Source of the DNA: Candidatus Hydrogenedentota bacterium
Lineage (GTDB): Bacteria; Hydrogenedentota; Hydrogenedentia; Hydrogenedentales; JAEUWI01
Length of the DNA stretch: 64,000 nucleotides
Assembly (NCBI GenBank): GCA_034669905.1
Contig: JAXMOL010000027.1
Location: 1 to 64,000 of the forward strand
Reading direction: 5' to 3'
Every line of letters starts with the position of its first letter. The first letter of the stretch is position 1. Both the position numbers and the translations under genes were made by a program. The notes beneath the pieces were generated by a model that was not told the DNA's origin, made no database searches, and saw only the letters and a list, made by a program, of their open reading frames with translations. Of this stretch, positions 1-9,131 are shown in pieces.

Positions 1-385
1 GACAGCCCCGACGGTCGCGCTCATGCGTCTAAGGCGAAGCCTCCAGCCAACCACGGGGGCTACGGGGCCGGGGCAGGGTTGATAATGTCGGTGCAGTCCC
101 CCTCAGACGTGCGCCCCCATTTCCACCACCTCCCAATTTTCCTTGTCCTTTACGTCCTTTATGTCGTTTGGGGGAGGGGGACAGCCCCGACGGTCGCGCT
201 AGTGCGTCTAAGGCGAAGCCTCCAGCCAACCACGGGGGCTACGGGGCCGGGCCAGGGTTGATAATGTCGGTGCAGTCCCCGGGGGACAGCCCCGACGGTC
301 GCGCTCATGCGTCTAAGGCGAAGCCTCCAGCCAACCACGGGGGCTACGGGGCCGGGCCAGGGATGATAATGTCGGTGCAGTCCCC
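1..385. repeat. Three near-identical ~104-bp units (1-101 truncated by the window edge, 177-280, 282-385) with imperfect terminal inverted repeats; REP/MITE-like
   Basis: Unit GGGGACAGCCCCGAC...GTCGGTGCAGTCCCC; the 15-bp ends are complementary at 13/15 positions; copies differ at only a few bases. Confidence 0.9.
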
Positions 386-393
386 GTTGCCAC

Positions 394-424
394 AAAAAAG
401 GCCCCCGGCAATTGCCGAGGGCCT
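394..424 (-). terminator. Rho-independent terminator of the 442-1566 gene
   Basis: Hairpin GGCCCCCGGCAA/TTGCCGAGGGCC next to an A6 tract (U-tract on the minus strand). Confidence 0.8.
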
Positions 425-441
425 ATAGGCAGTCTTGGTTC

Positions 442-1566
442 TTACTTCACCTGCTTCAAGATAGCAAAGTCACCGGGATTCCACGCCTGGGCAATTACAT
501 AGAACGTGTCGTCACGCTCTACCATCACGGCATTGTGGATGTGGGTAAACTTCTCGAGACCCAGGTCTTCCTTAATCATGACAGTCGAAACCACCGCACC
601 ATCCTTCACCAGATAGATGGGTGCGCCCTTTTCCGTGTCCGGTCCGCGCAGGCAGCCCACTACGGTGTAGCCGCTCTGGTAGTCGATGTCACAAGGGAGG
701 CTGCCCTTGGGCAAATCAAGCTTACCGAGGTACTTCCCGTTGGCGTCGAAGGATTCGATTTCGCTGTTGGGACGGTCCGCCACGGTGATGGTCTTGCCGT
801 CGGGGGCAATCGTGATGCCGTGTCCCGTGCCAAACTGTCCGGGGCCATCGCCCTTACCGCCGAAGGCGAAGGGGGTCCATTCCGCCGAGCCACCGTCCTT
901 CAGTTTCACGTCGGCCGTCAAGACCCAGTCCAACTTGGAGTAGCCCGTCGTGACATAGAAGCGCTTGTCGAGTACTTCCACATCGGTAGGCACAAAGGCG
1001 CCGCCGTCGGTAAAATAGGCGCCGACCGCCGCTTCGTCAAACTTGGTGTCCGCCGTCGGAGCGTCCAGGATGAAACGCAGGTCGCCGTCGATGGTGGTGG
1101 TGTAGACCTTGTTGGTGCCATTGCCCGGGAAGGTCAAAAAGGCCTTGTCTTTTTTGTTATACCAGATGGTCGTGTTGTGCATGTTCGCTGCCGCCATATC
1201 GGCATCGGTGGGGAGTACGTCAATCTTGGAAAGATCGGCGCTGATGCGGATAATCCCCACTTCCGGCAGGGCAAAGTAGATTTCGCCCTTGCCTTCCCGC
1301 CGGTCCACCGCGAAACCGCCGTGGGCCGCGTTGAGGCCCTTCATGGCCGCTTCCGGCAGGGCGGAGGAGGTCTTGTAGACTTCAAATTTCAGGTCGCCCT
1401 GTCCCGTCACGCCCGGGGCAGCAGGGGCATCTGCGGCCGCGACTTTCACGGGGGTGGAGATGGAAGTAAATCCGTGGCTGTGTCCCGGGTGGGCCATGGC
1501 CGTGCCCGCCGTCAGCAGGGCAATGCCTGCGCCCAATACGACCCGTCCAAATTGCGTTTCCGACAT
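442..1566 (-). CDS. Secreted NHL-repeat beta-propeller protein (peptidylglycine alpha-amidating lyase-like)
   Basis: Signal peptide ending AMA-HP; NHL-like segment GPGQFGTGHGITIAPDGKTITVADRPNSEIESF; ATG at 1566 with upstream AGAAGGAAAG. Confidence 0.7.
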   Translation of the reverse strand: MSETQFGRVVLGAGIALLTAGTAMAHPGHSHGFTSISTPVKVAAADAPAAPGVTGQGDLKFEVYKTSSALPEAAMKGLNAAHGGFAVDRREGKGEIYFALPEVGIIRISADLSKIDVLPTDADMAAANMHNTTIWYNKKDKAFLTFPGNGTNKVYTTTIDGDLRFILDAPTADTKFDEAAVGAYFTDGGAFVPTDVEVLDKRFYVTTGYSKLDWVLTADVKLKDGGSAEWTPFAFGGKGDGPGQFGTGHGITIAPDGKTITVADRPNSEIESFDANGKYLGKLDLPKGSLPCDIDYQSGYTVVGCLRGPDTEKGAPIYLVKDGAVVSTVMIKEDLGLEKFTHIHNAVMVERDDTFYVIAQAWNPGDFAILKQVK

Positions 1567-1613
1567 CGTGTCTTTCCTTCTGGTTAAGTTCGTTTTATTG
1601 CGGTTCACGCCAC

Positions 1614-2486
1614 TTACGTAAACGTCATCCCATATTCGCAGCAGAAATTGAGGCCGCCTTCCAGGGGCATAATACCCTCTTTCTTCGTCAGGTCACCATC
1701 ATGGCCCATATGGTCTGCAATCCCATACCAGGGCTCCAGACAGATGAAGGGCGCGCCGCCCGCTTTACTCCAGATGCCGAAGTAGGGCCATCCGGCGAAG
1801 TCCATCGTCACCGCGTGATTGTTCTTCTCACTCTTGATCGCGATGTGGGTGGACTGGAGATCCTTAAAGACCAGGGCATCTTCCCGGAAACGATCTTCCG
1901 TGTAGGGGATGACCCGCGTGTCCACCAGGTAGTTTTCCTCGCACTCGCCGATCAGCCCGTCCGACGTGACGTTCCAACGAGCACAGGTTTCGGGGACTTC
2001 AAATTCCACATAGTAATCGCGGAACGATTCGCCGGGGAGCAGGGGACAAGTGAATCCCGGATGGGCACCGATGGAAAAATACAGGGGTGCCGAACCCGGG
2101 TTGGAAACCGTCAGGGCCACGCGGAGCTGGTTCTCCGTCAGGGTGTAGTCGATTTGCAGTGCAAAGGCGAAGGGATAGACCGCCCGGGTCGCTTCCGAAT
2201 CAGAGAGCAGATAGGAAACCACCTGCTCCGTCTCGCGCTTGACTGTGAAGGTGCAGTCCCGAGCAAATCCGTGCTGGGGCAATTCGTAGGTCTGGCCCTG
2301 AAAGGTGTAGCGGTTGTTCGTGAGGCGGCCCACGGTGGGGAATAGGATGGGCGCATGGCGGCCCCAGACGTCGGGGTCGGCGCACCAGAGGCGCTCCAGC
2401 CCGTTGGTCTTGTCGTAGATACGGGTGAGTTCCGCACCCTCAGGATTAATCTCGATGCGGAGCTGGTCATTTTCCAATACGTTCAT
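1614..2486 (-). CDS. Aldose 1-epimerase family protein (LacX-like)
   Basis: Motifs WGRHAPILFP, HGFARD, IGAHPGF, FICLEPWYG. Confidence 0.9.
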   Translation of the reverse strand: MNVLENDQLRIEINPEGAELTRIYDKTNGLERLWCADPDVWGRHAPILFPTVGRLTNNRYTFQGQTYELPQHGFARDCTFTVKRETEQVVSYLLSDSEATRAVYPFAFALQIDYTLTENQLRVALTVSNPGSAPLYFSIGAHPGFTCPLLPGESFRDYYVEFEVPETCARWNVTSDGLIGECEENYLVDTRVIPYTEDRFREDALVFKDLQSTHIAIKSEKNNHAVTMDFAGWPYFGIWSKAGGAPFICLEPWYGIADHMGHDGDLTKKEGIMPLEGGLNFCCEYGMTFT

Positions 2487-2565
2487 TCAATAGACTTTCG
2501 TGCCCCGGTTCCGATTGCCATGGATATGGGTACCCTCCTGCAGCCGGGACGAATCCTACCAAGCC

Positions 2566-3810
2566 CTACTCACCCTTTCCAAGGTTTTCATAGTATTTAA
2601 TATTGTGGGTCGCCCGCCCGAAGGCCACGATATCCGGCCAGCCATCGCCGTTCATATCATGGGCCAGGGCATCCTCGGTCGCCATCCCGCCATCATCCAC
2701 CACCTGTTTTGTGGAGGTCGCGGTATTGTTACTGTCGATGCTCAAGTAGTAGACATTTAGTCCAGGCAGATTCTTTGGTCCAGCCTTCTCGCGAAATCCT
2801 ACCAGGAGATCCTGGTCGCCGTCCCGGTCGAAATCGGCAAACCCGATGGCATGGCCCCCTTTCAGCTGATCATCGAGTACCAGTCGCTGGTGGGAGGGGA
2901 AGGGCTCGGAAGAAAGGGTCGGCGTATAAAGCACCGCCTGGTGGCCGTGCATGGGTTCGATGGTCGCCATGAGGTGTACCGGCTCGAGTCGTGGCGGTTG
3001 GGTGCCACTGAGTACCGTCTTAATTTCCCCGGCACCGCCCAGCCCGACACTGTTGTTGGCCGCGAAAACGCGTGCACCATTGTATGTCGAAATGTACTGG
3101 TCTTTCCCTTTCCGATAGCGGGCGAAGACGCCTTTGCCAGACGCAATGAACAATTGTTCCGCCAAACCCGGTGCCTGCGGTGCCGCCCAGATGTTGTGGA
3201 CGAGATAATGGTTATTGCTAATCGTCTCACGACGCCAGGGCGTCTCCAGGGGATTCTCACCGGGGAACAAGGCATAGAGAAATACGGCCGAATCCGTAAA
3301 CTCCGGTCCGGTTGAGTCAACGCCCTTCAGGGGGGCCACTACCAGTGCCTTTTGGCCACGGCCTTCGAAATCAACCCATCGGACCCGGTGAAGGGTGGGT
3401 TCTTCTTCTATAAGTGTGATGGCCTTCCACGGAGCCTTCACATCGCCGCCGTGGTGGAGAAGAAACAAGGCACCACCGGACTTGGTGTTGTTGTATTGCC
3501 AGTCGGCGCCAACGGCCAACTCGGGGATACCGTCTCCATCCACGTCATGGGCGGCGACACATACGTTGGAGTTGCGGAGGGTATCGGCAATCAGGTGCCG
3601 CTCCCATGTGGGATTTTCATACCACGCCACATCGTCCGCGCTCACGCCCACGATGTCCGGCTTGCCATCCTGATTGAGGTCGGTCACCGTGATGGCCAGC
3701 CCCGTGCCCGCCTCGGCATGGATGACATGCTCCTTGAACTCGGGAAGGGGGTGAAACAACGTCTGGGCCGCTGCGGCCAACACCAGCGGAAGTAGTAGGG
3801 GTGTGGTCAT
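2566..3810 (-). CDS. Secreted FG-GAP/VCBS-repeat beta-propeller protein, aldos-2-ulose dehydratase propeller-like
   Basis: Repeats DLNQDGKPDI, DVDGDGIPEL, DFDRDGDQDL, DMNGDGWPDI; HRVRW and EPMHGHQ motifs; signal peptide; RBS AGGAGG before ATG 3810. Confidence 0.8.
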   Translation of the reverse strand: MTTPLLLPLVLAAAAQTLFHPLPEFKEHVIHAEAGTGLAITVTDLNQDGKPDIVGVSADDVAWYENPTWERHLIADTLRNSNVCVAAHDVDGDGIPELAVGADWQYNNTKSGGALFLLHHGGDVKAPWKAITLIEEEPTLHRVRWVDFEGRGQKALVVAPLKGVDSTGPEFTDSAVFLYALFPGENPLETPWRRETISNNHYLVHNIWAAPQAPGLAEQLFIASGKGVFARYRKGKDQYISTYNGARVFAANNSVGLGGAGEIKTVLSGTQPPRLEPVHLMATIEPMHGHQAVLYTPTLSSEPFPSHQRLVLDDQLKGGHAIGFADFDRDGDQDLLVGFREKAGPKNLPGLNVYYLSIDSNNTATSTKQVVDDGGMATEDALAHDMNGDGWPDIVAFGRATHNIKYYENLGKGE

Positions 3811-3889
3811 GGGGTGCCTCCTTTTCGCCTGGTCAGTATACACAACCCGGCACGAATTGGCAGGCGCAAGTGGAGCGGAAAAGGGGTGA

Positions 3890-3998
3890 TTTAACCTCAG
3901 AGGATGCAAAGAGCACAGAAAAATGACATCGCCGCAATGGGTTTTTCCGGAAATGCGCAGAGGGACTCAGTGTGTTCTCTGTGTTCTTTGAGGTTAAA
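3890..3998. repeat. Imperfect inverted-repeat element of the 9-bp-periodic CACAGAG/CTCTGTG type
   Basis: TTTAACCTCAGAGGATGCAAAGAGCACAGA ... TCTGTGTTCTTTGAGGTTAAA. Confidence 0.65.
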
Positions 3999-4096
3999 TA
4001 AGTTCCCCGTATACTTGGATGCTGTTCTCGTACTGCCGATCGTCGACCACGTGACTGCCGGATATCTCAGGCAGTACGAAGTGGTGACGCGAAAAC

Positions 4097-4316
4097 ATGC
4101 TACGGGCTTTCAGCCCTCTGAAATATAAACACCCCGTTTACCCAGGCCTTCGGCCTGGGCTGGTGTGTTGCCGCGCCGTTGGCGCTCGTTGGGTTGCAAT
4201 TGGGACACCCGCTGGTGGTTCCGGAGGGCCGAAGGTCCATCAACATATCAGCATGGGCCAACGGCCCATGAACCGGGGTGGTGTTCGTTCTCAAGGGCTG
4301 AAGGCCCGTGCCATAG
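4097..4316. repeat. REPIN-like doublet: two inverted ~90-bp units made of short tetraloop hairpins
   Basis: GGGCTTTCAGCCC, CCCAGGCCTTCGGCCTGGG, GCGCCGTTGGCGC, then the mirror set ending AAGGGCTGAAGGCCCGT; a related element lies at 10585-10797. Confidence 0.8.
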
Positions 4317-4476
4317 CCTGCGCCAACTCCTTGCGTATCCCCGCAAGATTCGAATTTCGTGCAGAACGGTAGCGGTAGAGCAGCAACCGTACATTTCGCA
4401 GTTCGCCCCGCTCTACGTAAATCCGGTACTATGCCGCTTACCTATGCAACGAATCGGGTTATGGAGAGGAAACACT

Positions 4477-5442
4477 ATGATGAAACGTATATATATCGGG
4501 ACCCTGCTGGTAGTCAGTATGGCGATGGCAGGGTGTGGCGGGGTGCCTTCCCAATCGCAGGAAGACGCGATCGCACCACTGAAGGATAAAAAGCCCGAAG
4601 TGGCCCTGATTATGAAATCCCTGGCCAACGAATTTTTCAAGACCATGGAAGATGGTGCCCGGGCCCATCAGGCGGAGCACGCGGATACGTACACCCTGGT
4701 CGCCGAAGGCATTAAAGACGAACTGGACGTGAATCGCCAGGTGCAGTTGGTAGAGCAGATGGTGGCTCGTGGGGTGGACGCTATCGTTATTGCCCCGGCG
4801 GACTCCAAGGCCCTCGTGTCGGTGTGCAAGCGCGCACAGGACAAGGGCGTCGTGGTGGTGAACATCGACAACAAGCTCGATGCCGACGTGCTGGCCGATC
4901 AGGATATGAAAGTGCCCTTCGTGGGGCCTGACAACCGCGTCGGTGCGAAGAAAGTGGGGGACTTCCTCGCGACCCAATTGCAGGCCGGTGACGCTGTGGC
5001 GATAGTGGAGGGGGTACCTTCGGCCTTCAACGCCATCCAGCGGAAGCTGGGCTTTGAAGATGCCATGAAAGCAGCGGGCATGACCATCGTCACCAGCCAG
5101 TCCGCCGGTTGGGAGCAGGACAAGGCCAATCAAATCGTCTCGGCCATGATTACCAGCCACCCCGAGCTCAAGGCTATTCTCTGCGCCAACGACAGTATGG
5201 CCCAAGGCGCCGTCTCGGCCCTGCGCTCCGCCGGCAAGCTGGATGCCGTCAAGGTCGTGGGCTTCGATAACATCTCCGCCGCCCAGGCCCTTTTGAAAGA
5301 GGGGGCCCTGGTCGCCACCGCCGATCAACACGGCGATAAGCTCGCGGTCTTCGGTATTGAGTACGCCCTGGAAATGCTCCAGACCGGTGCCGCCCCCGCC
5401 GATCAGGAAACGCCCGTCGACCTGGTAACGGAAGCCTCCTGA
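4477..5442 (+). CDS. Sugar ABC transporter substrate-binding lipoprotein (RbsB-like)
   Basis: Lipobox MAGC; KSLANEFF, IVIAPADS, CANDSMAQGA, VVGFDN motifs; RBS GGAGAGG. Confidence 0.92.
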   Translation: MMKRIYIGTLLVVSMAMAGCGGVPSQSQEDAIAPLKDKKPEVALIMKSLANEFFKTMEDGARAHQAEHADTYTLVAEGIKDELDVNRQVQLVEQMVARGVDAIVIAPADSKALVSVCKRAQDKGVVVVNIDNKLDADVLADQDMKVPFVGPDNRVGAKKVGDFLATQLQAGDAVAIVEGVPSAFNAIQRKLGFEDAMKAAGMTIVTSQSAGWEQDKANQIVSAMITSHPELKAILCANDSMAQGAVSALRSAGKLDAVKVVGFDNISAAQALLKEGALVATADQHGDKLAVFGIEYALEMLQTGAAPADQETPVDLVTEAS

Positions 5443-5444
5443 AC

Positions 5445-6386
5445 GTGAATTCCATGCGGCATCTCTACAATTATCTCGGCCTGGCGGCCGTCCTTGCCCT
5501 GTTGATCGCCTTCTTCGGTTACCAGTCGGAGAATTTCCTCACGTGGGCCAATTTTGTGACCCTCGCCAACCAGGTGCCGGCGGCCCTGCTCATTGCGGTG
5601 GGTATGACCTTCGTCCTCATTATCGGCGAGATAGATCTCTCGGTGGGGGCCATAGTCGCCTTTTGTGGTGCCGTGCTGGGTGTCGCCATCGTGCACTGGG
5701 GTTTGCCCTTTTTTGCAGCGGTACCCATCGTCGTCGCCGCAGGGGCACTGTGCGGCCTGGCCAATGGTTTGATTACAGTCCGATGGCAATTGCCTTCTTT
5801 TATCGTGACCCTCGGCATGATGGAAGTGGCACGAGGGGCCGCCTATCTGGTGACTGATTCCACCACCGTGTATATCGGCCGTCCCGTCGATTGGCTCATG
5901 GGCGTGTCCATCGCCGATTTGTCCGTGCTGTTTTTCGGTGCCCTGGTGGTGGCCATCCTCGGGCAGGGCCTGCTCTCCATGACCATCTGGGGGCGCGGAC
6001 TTATGGCCCTGGGTTCCAACGCGGAGGCCGCGCGCCTCTCCGGTATTCCCACCAATCGCCTCCGCGTGTTGGTCTTTGTGGGCAGTGGGGTGTGTGCCGC
6101 CCTGGCGTCCATCGTCTTGTGCGCGCGCCTCTCCAGCGCCGACCCCAACATGGGTATGGGCTATGAGCTCTATGCCATTGCGGCCGTGGTGGTCGGGGGG
6201 ACGAGTCTGCTTGGTGGTCGCGGTTCTGTGGTGAATACGGTGTTCGGCGTTCTGATGATCGCGATCCTCGGCGCCGGTCTGGCGCAGATAGATGTGGCGG
6301 ATCCGGTGAAGCGAATCGTTACGGGATCCGTGGTGGTGGTGGCCGTTATTCTCGATTACTATCGCGGTAGAATGAGGCGCCCTTAG
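5445..6386 (+). CDS. Sugar ABC transporter permease (RbsC-like)
   Basis: GEIDLSVG, PSFIVTLG, AARLSGI, GYELYAIAAVVVGGTSLLGGRG; many TM segments. Confidence 0.93.
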   Translation: MNSMRHLYNYLGLAAVLALLIAFFGYQSENFLTWANFVTLANQVPAALLIAVGMTFVLIIGEIDLSVGAIVAFCGAVLGVAIVHWGLPFFAAVPIVVAAGALCGLANGLITVRWQLPSFIVTLGMMEVARGAAYLVTDSTTVYIGRPVDWLMGVSIADLSVLFFGALVVAILGQGLLSMTIWGRGLMALGSNAEAARLSGIPTNRLRVLVFVGSGVCAALASIVLCARLSSADPNMGMGYELYAIAAVVVGGTSLLGGRGSVVNTVFGVLMIAILGAGLAQIDVADPVKRIVTGSVVVVAVILDYYRGRMRRP

Positions 6387-6470
6387 CAGAGTTTTAAAGA
6401 GGGTGTATTGATAGTAGGATAGCGTAGCGGCGAAGTTCGTGTAATGCATGCTATGCCGGTATGTTTTGAC

Positions 6471-6499
6471 TGTACAAACGCCATGGCGTTCGCTATACT
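6471..6499 (+). promoter_or_regulatory. Possible sigma70 promoter with a 14-bp palindrome in the spacer
   Basis: TGTACA-N17-TATACT; spacer holds AACGCCATGGCGTT (6477-6490). Confidence 0.4.
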
Positions 6500-6608
6500 G
6501 ACCCCGAGAGTGTGGAGGAAAGGCGGTAGTCTGGGCGAATCAATCGGTGTTCAACGGGCTGTCGCTCCCTCTTTGGAAGGTACACTGGTAAAACGAGGGA
6601 GACGTTTT

Positions 6609-7079
6609 ATGAAGGGTAAGAATAAGGCAGTAATTTCGAAGGCGATTGAAGAATACTTAGTGGGTCAGTGTGAGGAAGTTTATCGGGAGCTCTTCGCTCC
6701 CCATTGTCTGGCCGGTGGGCCGGATGTCGGGGCTTCGGGCGATGGTACCCCCGTCCCCATGGATTCCGCGGCCTTCAGAGATCACAGTCTGATGTACAAG
6801 TCGGCGTTTCCCGATATGGAATTTCGGGTCGACGAGATTATTGAAGAGGGTGACCGGGTGGCCGCGCGGTGGACCGTGCGCGGTGGGGATTGCGGCAATC
6901 TGGAAGCGCTCAGTCTCCGACGACGCCTCGCGTCGGGTAAGCGGGAATTCTCCGCGAGTGGGGTTGCCTTTTGTCGCCTCCACGGCGGGCGGATTGTTGA
7001 GATTTGGCAGTTGTCCGATTTGGTGACCTTGCTGAAGCGATTTGAGTTTGCCAGCCTGGGGCGCGAAGCAGCCGTCTGA
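6609..7079 (+). CDS. SnoaL-like ester cyclase / NTF2-fold protein
   Basis: AFPDMEFRVDEIIEEGDRVAARWT and GGRIVEIWQLSD motifs; RBS GAGGGAG before ATG 6609. Confidence 0.8.
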   Translation: MKGKNKAVISKAIEEYLVGQCEEVYRELFAPHCLAGGPDVGASGDGTPVPMDSAAFRDHSLMYKSAFPDMEFRVDEIIEEGDRVAARWTVRGGDCGNLEALSLRRRLASGKREFSASGVAFCRLHGGRIVEIWQLSDLVTLLKRFEFASLGREAAV

Positions 7080-7107
7080 TACCCGACCTGCGAGACCCAG
7101 ATTGGGC

Positions 7108-7144
7108 AGAAAAGGCCGCCATGGATTCCGTGGCGGCCTTTTCT
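7108..7144. terminator. Bidirectional rho-independent terminator
   Basis: AGAAAAGGCCGCCATGG-ATT-CCGTGGCGGCCTTTTCT. Confidence 0.8.
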
Positions 7145-7222
7145 TATGGTGGCAACCTGGGGAGTGGTGATTGGGTGCGGGCGCGGCTTCCGATTGACTT
7201 TGGCGCCATTTGCGGATATACT

Positions 7223-7264
7223 TGCTATCAACATACATAGGATATCCTATGTATGTTGATAGCA
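7223..7264. promoter_or_regulatory. Perfect 42-bp AT-rich palindrome, candidate operator
   Basis: TGCTATCAACATACATAGGATATCCTATGTATGTTGATAGCA equals its own reverse complement; it ends 16 bp before the GTG at 7281. Confidence 0.7.
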
Positions 7265-7280
7265 TGTTTGGAGTCGCATC

Positions 7281-7940
7281 GTGGAAAAAGCCTATGAACA
7301 TCCTATGGATGAACTGACCGGGTTGCCGGGTCGGGACGCCTTTGATGCCCAATTGACCGCATGGATTGAGAAGAAACGGCGGAGTCCGGCCCTGCTCTCC
7401 ATGGTGGTGGCCGATATCGATCTCTTTGGTGCCATCAATGAAACCCATGGGCGCGATGGTGGCGATGGGGTCTTGTGCGCCCTGGCGTCGGCCTTGCAGG
7501 CCCATTTGCCCGCGCCCGCGACCGTGTTTCGCTTCGGTGGGGATGCCTTTGCGGCCCTCCTGCCCGACGTGGAAAAGGAACAGGCCTTTTTGCAGATGGA
7601 GGCCTTCCGCGCGGAATTTTCGGCAGCACGGCAGGTATCCATGGGAAAGAAGACCCAGCCGTTGGTGGTGACGGTCAGCATGGGATTGAGCACCTTCCCC
7701 GACGACGGCGCGAAGGCCTCCGATGTGATTCACAAGGCCAACGAAGCCCTTTATCGGGCCAAGGTCTCCGGGCGCAACAAGATCTGTCTGGCACGGGAGG
7801 AGAAGATGGTGACGAAGACCAGCCACTACATGCAGGGCCAGCTCATGGGCCTGCGGCGATTGGCAGAACGGGAAAAGATTGGCGAGGCCCTGTTGCTTCG
7901 CGAAGCGCTGAACGATTTGCTGCGGAAGCATAACGCCTGA
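7281..7940 (+). CDS. GGDEF-domain protein (degenerate GGDAF) with a C-terminal ribbon-helix-helix-like domain
   Basis: DELTGL, DIDLFGAINETHG, RFGGDAF, ALYRAKVSGRN; C-terminus KMVTKTSHY..QL.GLRRLAERE...EALLLREALNDLLRK fits a strand-helix-helix RHH pattern. Confidence 0.85.
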   Translation: MEKAYEHPMDELTGLPGRDAFDAQLTAWIEKKRRSPALLSMVVADIDLFGAINETHGRDGGDGVLCALASALQAHLPAPATVFRFGGDAFAALLPDVEKEQAFLQMEAFRAEFSAARQVSMGKKTQPLVVTVSMGLSTFPDDGAKASDVIHKANEALYRAKVSGRNKICLAREEKMVTKTSHYMQGQLMGLRRLAEREKIGEALLLREALNDLLRKHNA

Positions 7941-7960
7941 GGCCGTTGGAGGTCCCTACC

Positions 7961-8527
7961 ATGAGTGAGCCCGTCCGCTGTGCCTGGCCCAAAGACGATT
8001 ATGACATCGCCTACCACGACACGGTATGGGGTGTTCCGGTGCACGATGACCGGGTCTTGTTTGAGTTTTTGACCCTGGAAGGTGCCCAGGCGGGGTTGAG
8101 TTGGAATACGATTCTTCGACGCCGTGAAGGGTATCGAAAGGCCTTTGCAGACTTTGACGTGGAGAAGGTGGCGCGGTTTACGGAGAAAAAGCAGGAAGCC
8201 CTCCGCGAAGACACCGGCATTATTCGGAATCGGCTGAAGATAGCCTCGACGGTGACGAATGCCCAGGCCTTCATCAAGGTGCAGGAAGAGTTTGGAAGTT
8301 TCGACGCCTACATCTGGCGCTTTGTGGACGGTGCACCCATCATCAACCATTGGAAGACGATGAAAGAGGTGCCTGCGAGCACAGCGATTTCCGATACCCT
8401 GAGTAAAGACTTGAAGAAGCGTGGTTTTCGATTTGTGGGCACCACGATTTGTTATGCCCACATGCAGGCGACGGGGATGGTGAATGATCATACGGTGGAT
8501 TGCTTTCGCCACCAGGAGTTGTCCTGA
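7961..8527 (+). CDS. tag: DNA-3-methyladenine glycosylase I
   Basis: RCAW, YHDTVWGVP, LEGAQAGLSW, GIIRNRLKI, GMVNDH motifs. Confidence 0.95.
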   Translation: MSEPVRCAWPKDDYDIAYHDTVWGVPVHDDRVLFEFLTLEGAQAGLSWNTILRRREGYRKAFADFDVEKVARFTEKKQEALREDTGIIRNRLKIASTVTNAQAFIKVQEEFGSFDAYIWRFVDGAPIINHWKTMKEVPASTAISDTLSKDLKKRGFRFVGTTICYAHMQATGMVNDHTVDCFRHQELS

Positions 8528-8552
8528 TGGCTAACGCCAACGAGCACGTGCC

Positions 8553-9107
8553 ATGGCTACCTTTACAACCGAATTAACCGAAAAGCATCAGGCTTTCATC
8601 GCGAAGCAACATATGTTCTTCGTCGCGACGGCCCCCACGGGTGATGGCCGCATCAACCTGTCGCCCAAGGGTCACGAAAGTTTTCGTGTGCTCAATGAAA
8701 AATCGGTGGCCTATCTCGACCTGACGGGAAGCGGGAATGAAACTGCTGCCCATCTCTGCGAGAATGGCCGCATTACGTTGATGTTTTGTGCCTTCGAAGG
8801 AGCACCTTCTATCCTGCGCATCTATGGCGCAGGCCAGGTGATTCAACCCGGAGACGCCCCGTGGAATGGTCTGTCGAATGAATTCCCGGAGCTACCCGGC
8901 GTGCGGCAGATAATGATGATTGAGATTGAGTCCGTTCAGACATCCTGTGGATACGCGGTTCCCGAATACCACTACGTGGGGGACCGGAATGCCCTGTTGA
9001 ACTGGGCGGAAAAGAAGGGCCCGGAGGCGTTGGTCGCCTATCGGGATAAAAACAATGTGTTGAGTATCGATGGCCAGCCGACCGGCTATGGCCAGCGCAG
9101 CCAGTAA
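8553..9107 (+). CDS. Pyridoxamine 5'-phosphate oxidase family (FMN-binding split barrel) protein
   Basis: FFVATAP, NLSPKG, YLDLTGSGNETAAH, QTSCGYAVP. Confidence 0.88.
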   Translation: MATFTTELTEKHQAFIAKQHMFFVATAPTGDGRINLSPKGHESFRVLNEKSVAYLDLTGSGNETAAHLCENGRITLMFCAFEGAPSILRIYGAGQVIQPGDAPWNGLSNEFPELPGVRQIMMIEIESVQTSCGYAVPEYHYVGDRNALLNWAEKKGPEALVAYRDKNNVLSIDGQPTGYGQRSQ

Positions 9108-9131
9108 CACGCAGTGAAGAAGGAACATACC

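Noticed and set aside
1..385. CRISPR array
   Set aside because: Units are 104 bp with 75-bp and 1-bp gaps rather than ~30-bp repeats with uniform unique spacers; no cas genes in the window
4165..4476. Long N-terminal extensions given by the ORF track (also 16778-17032, 16999-17199, 25911-26159)
   Set aside because: Downstream starts have RBSs or signal peptides and match where the domains begin; the extensions run through repeats or other genes
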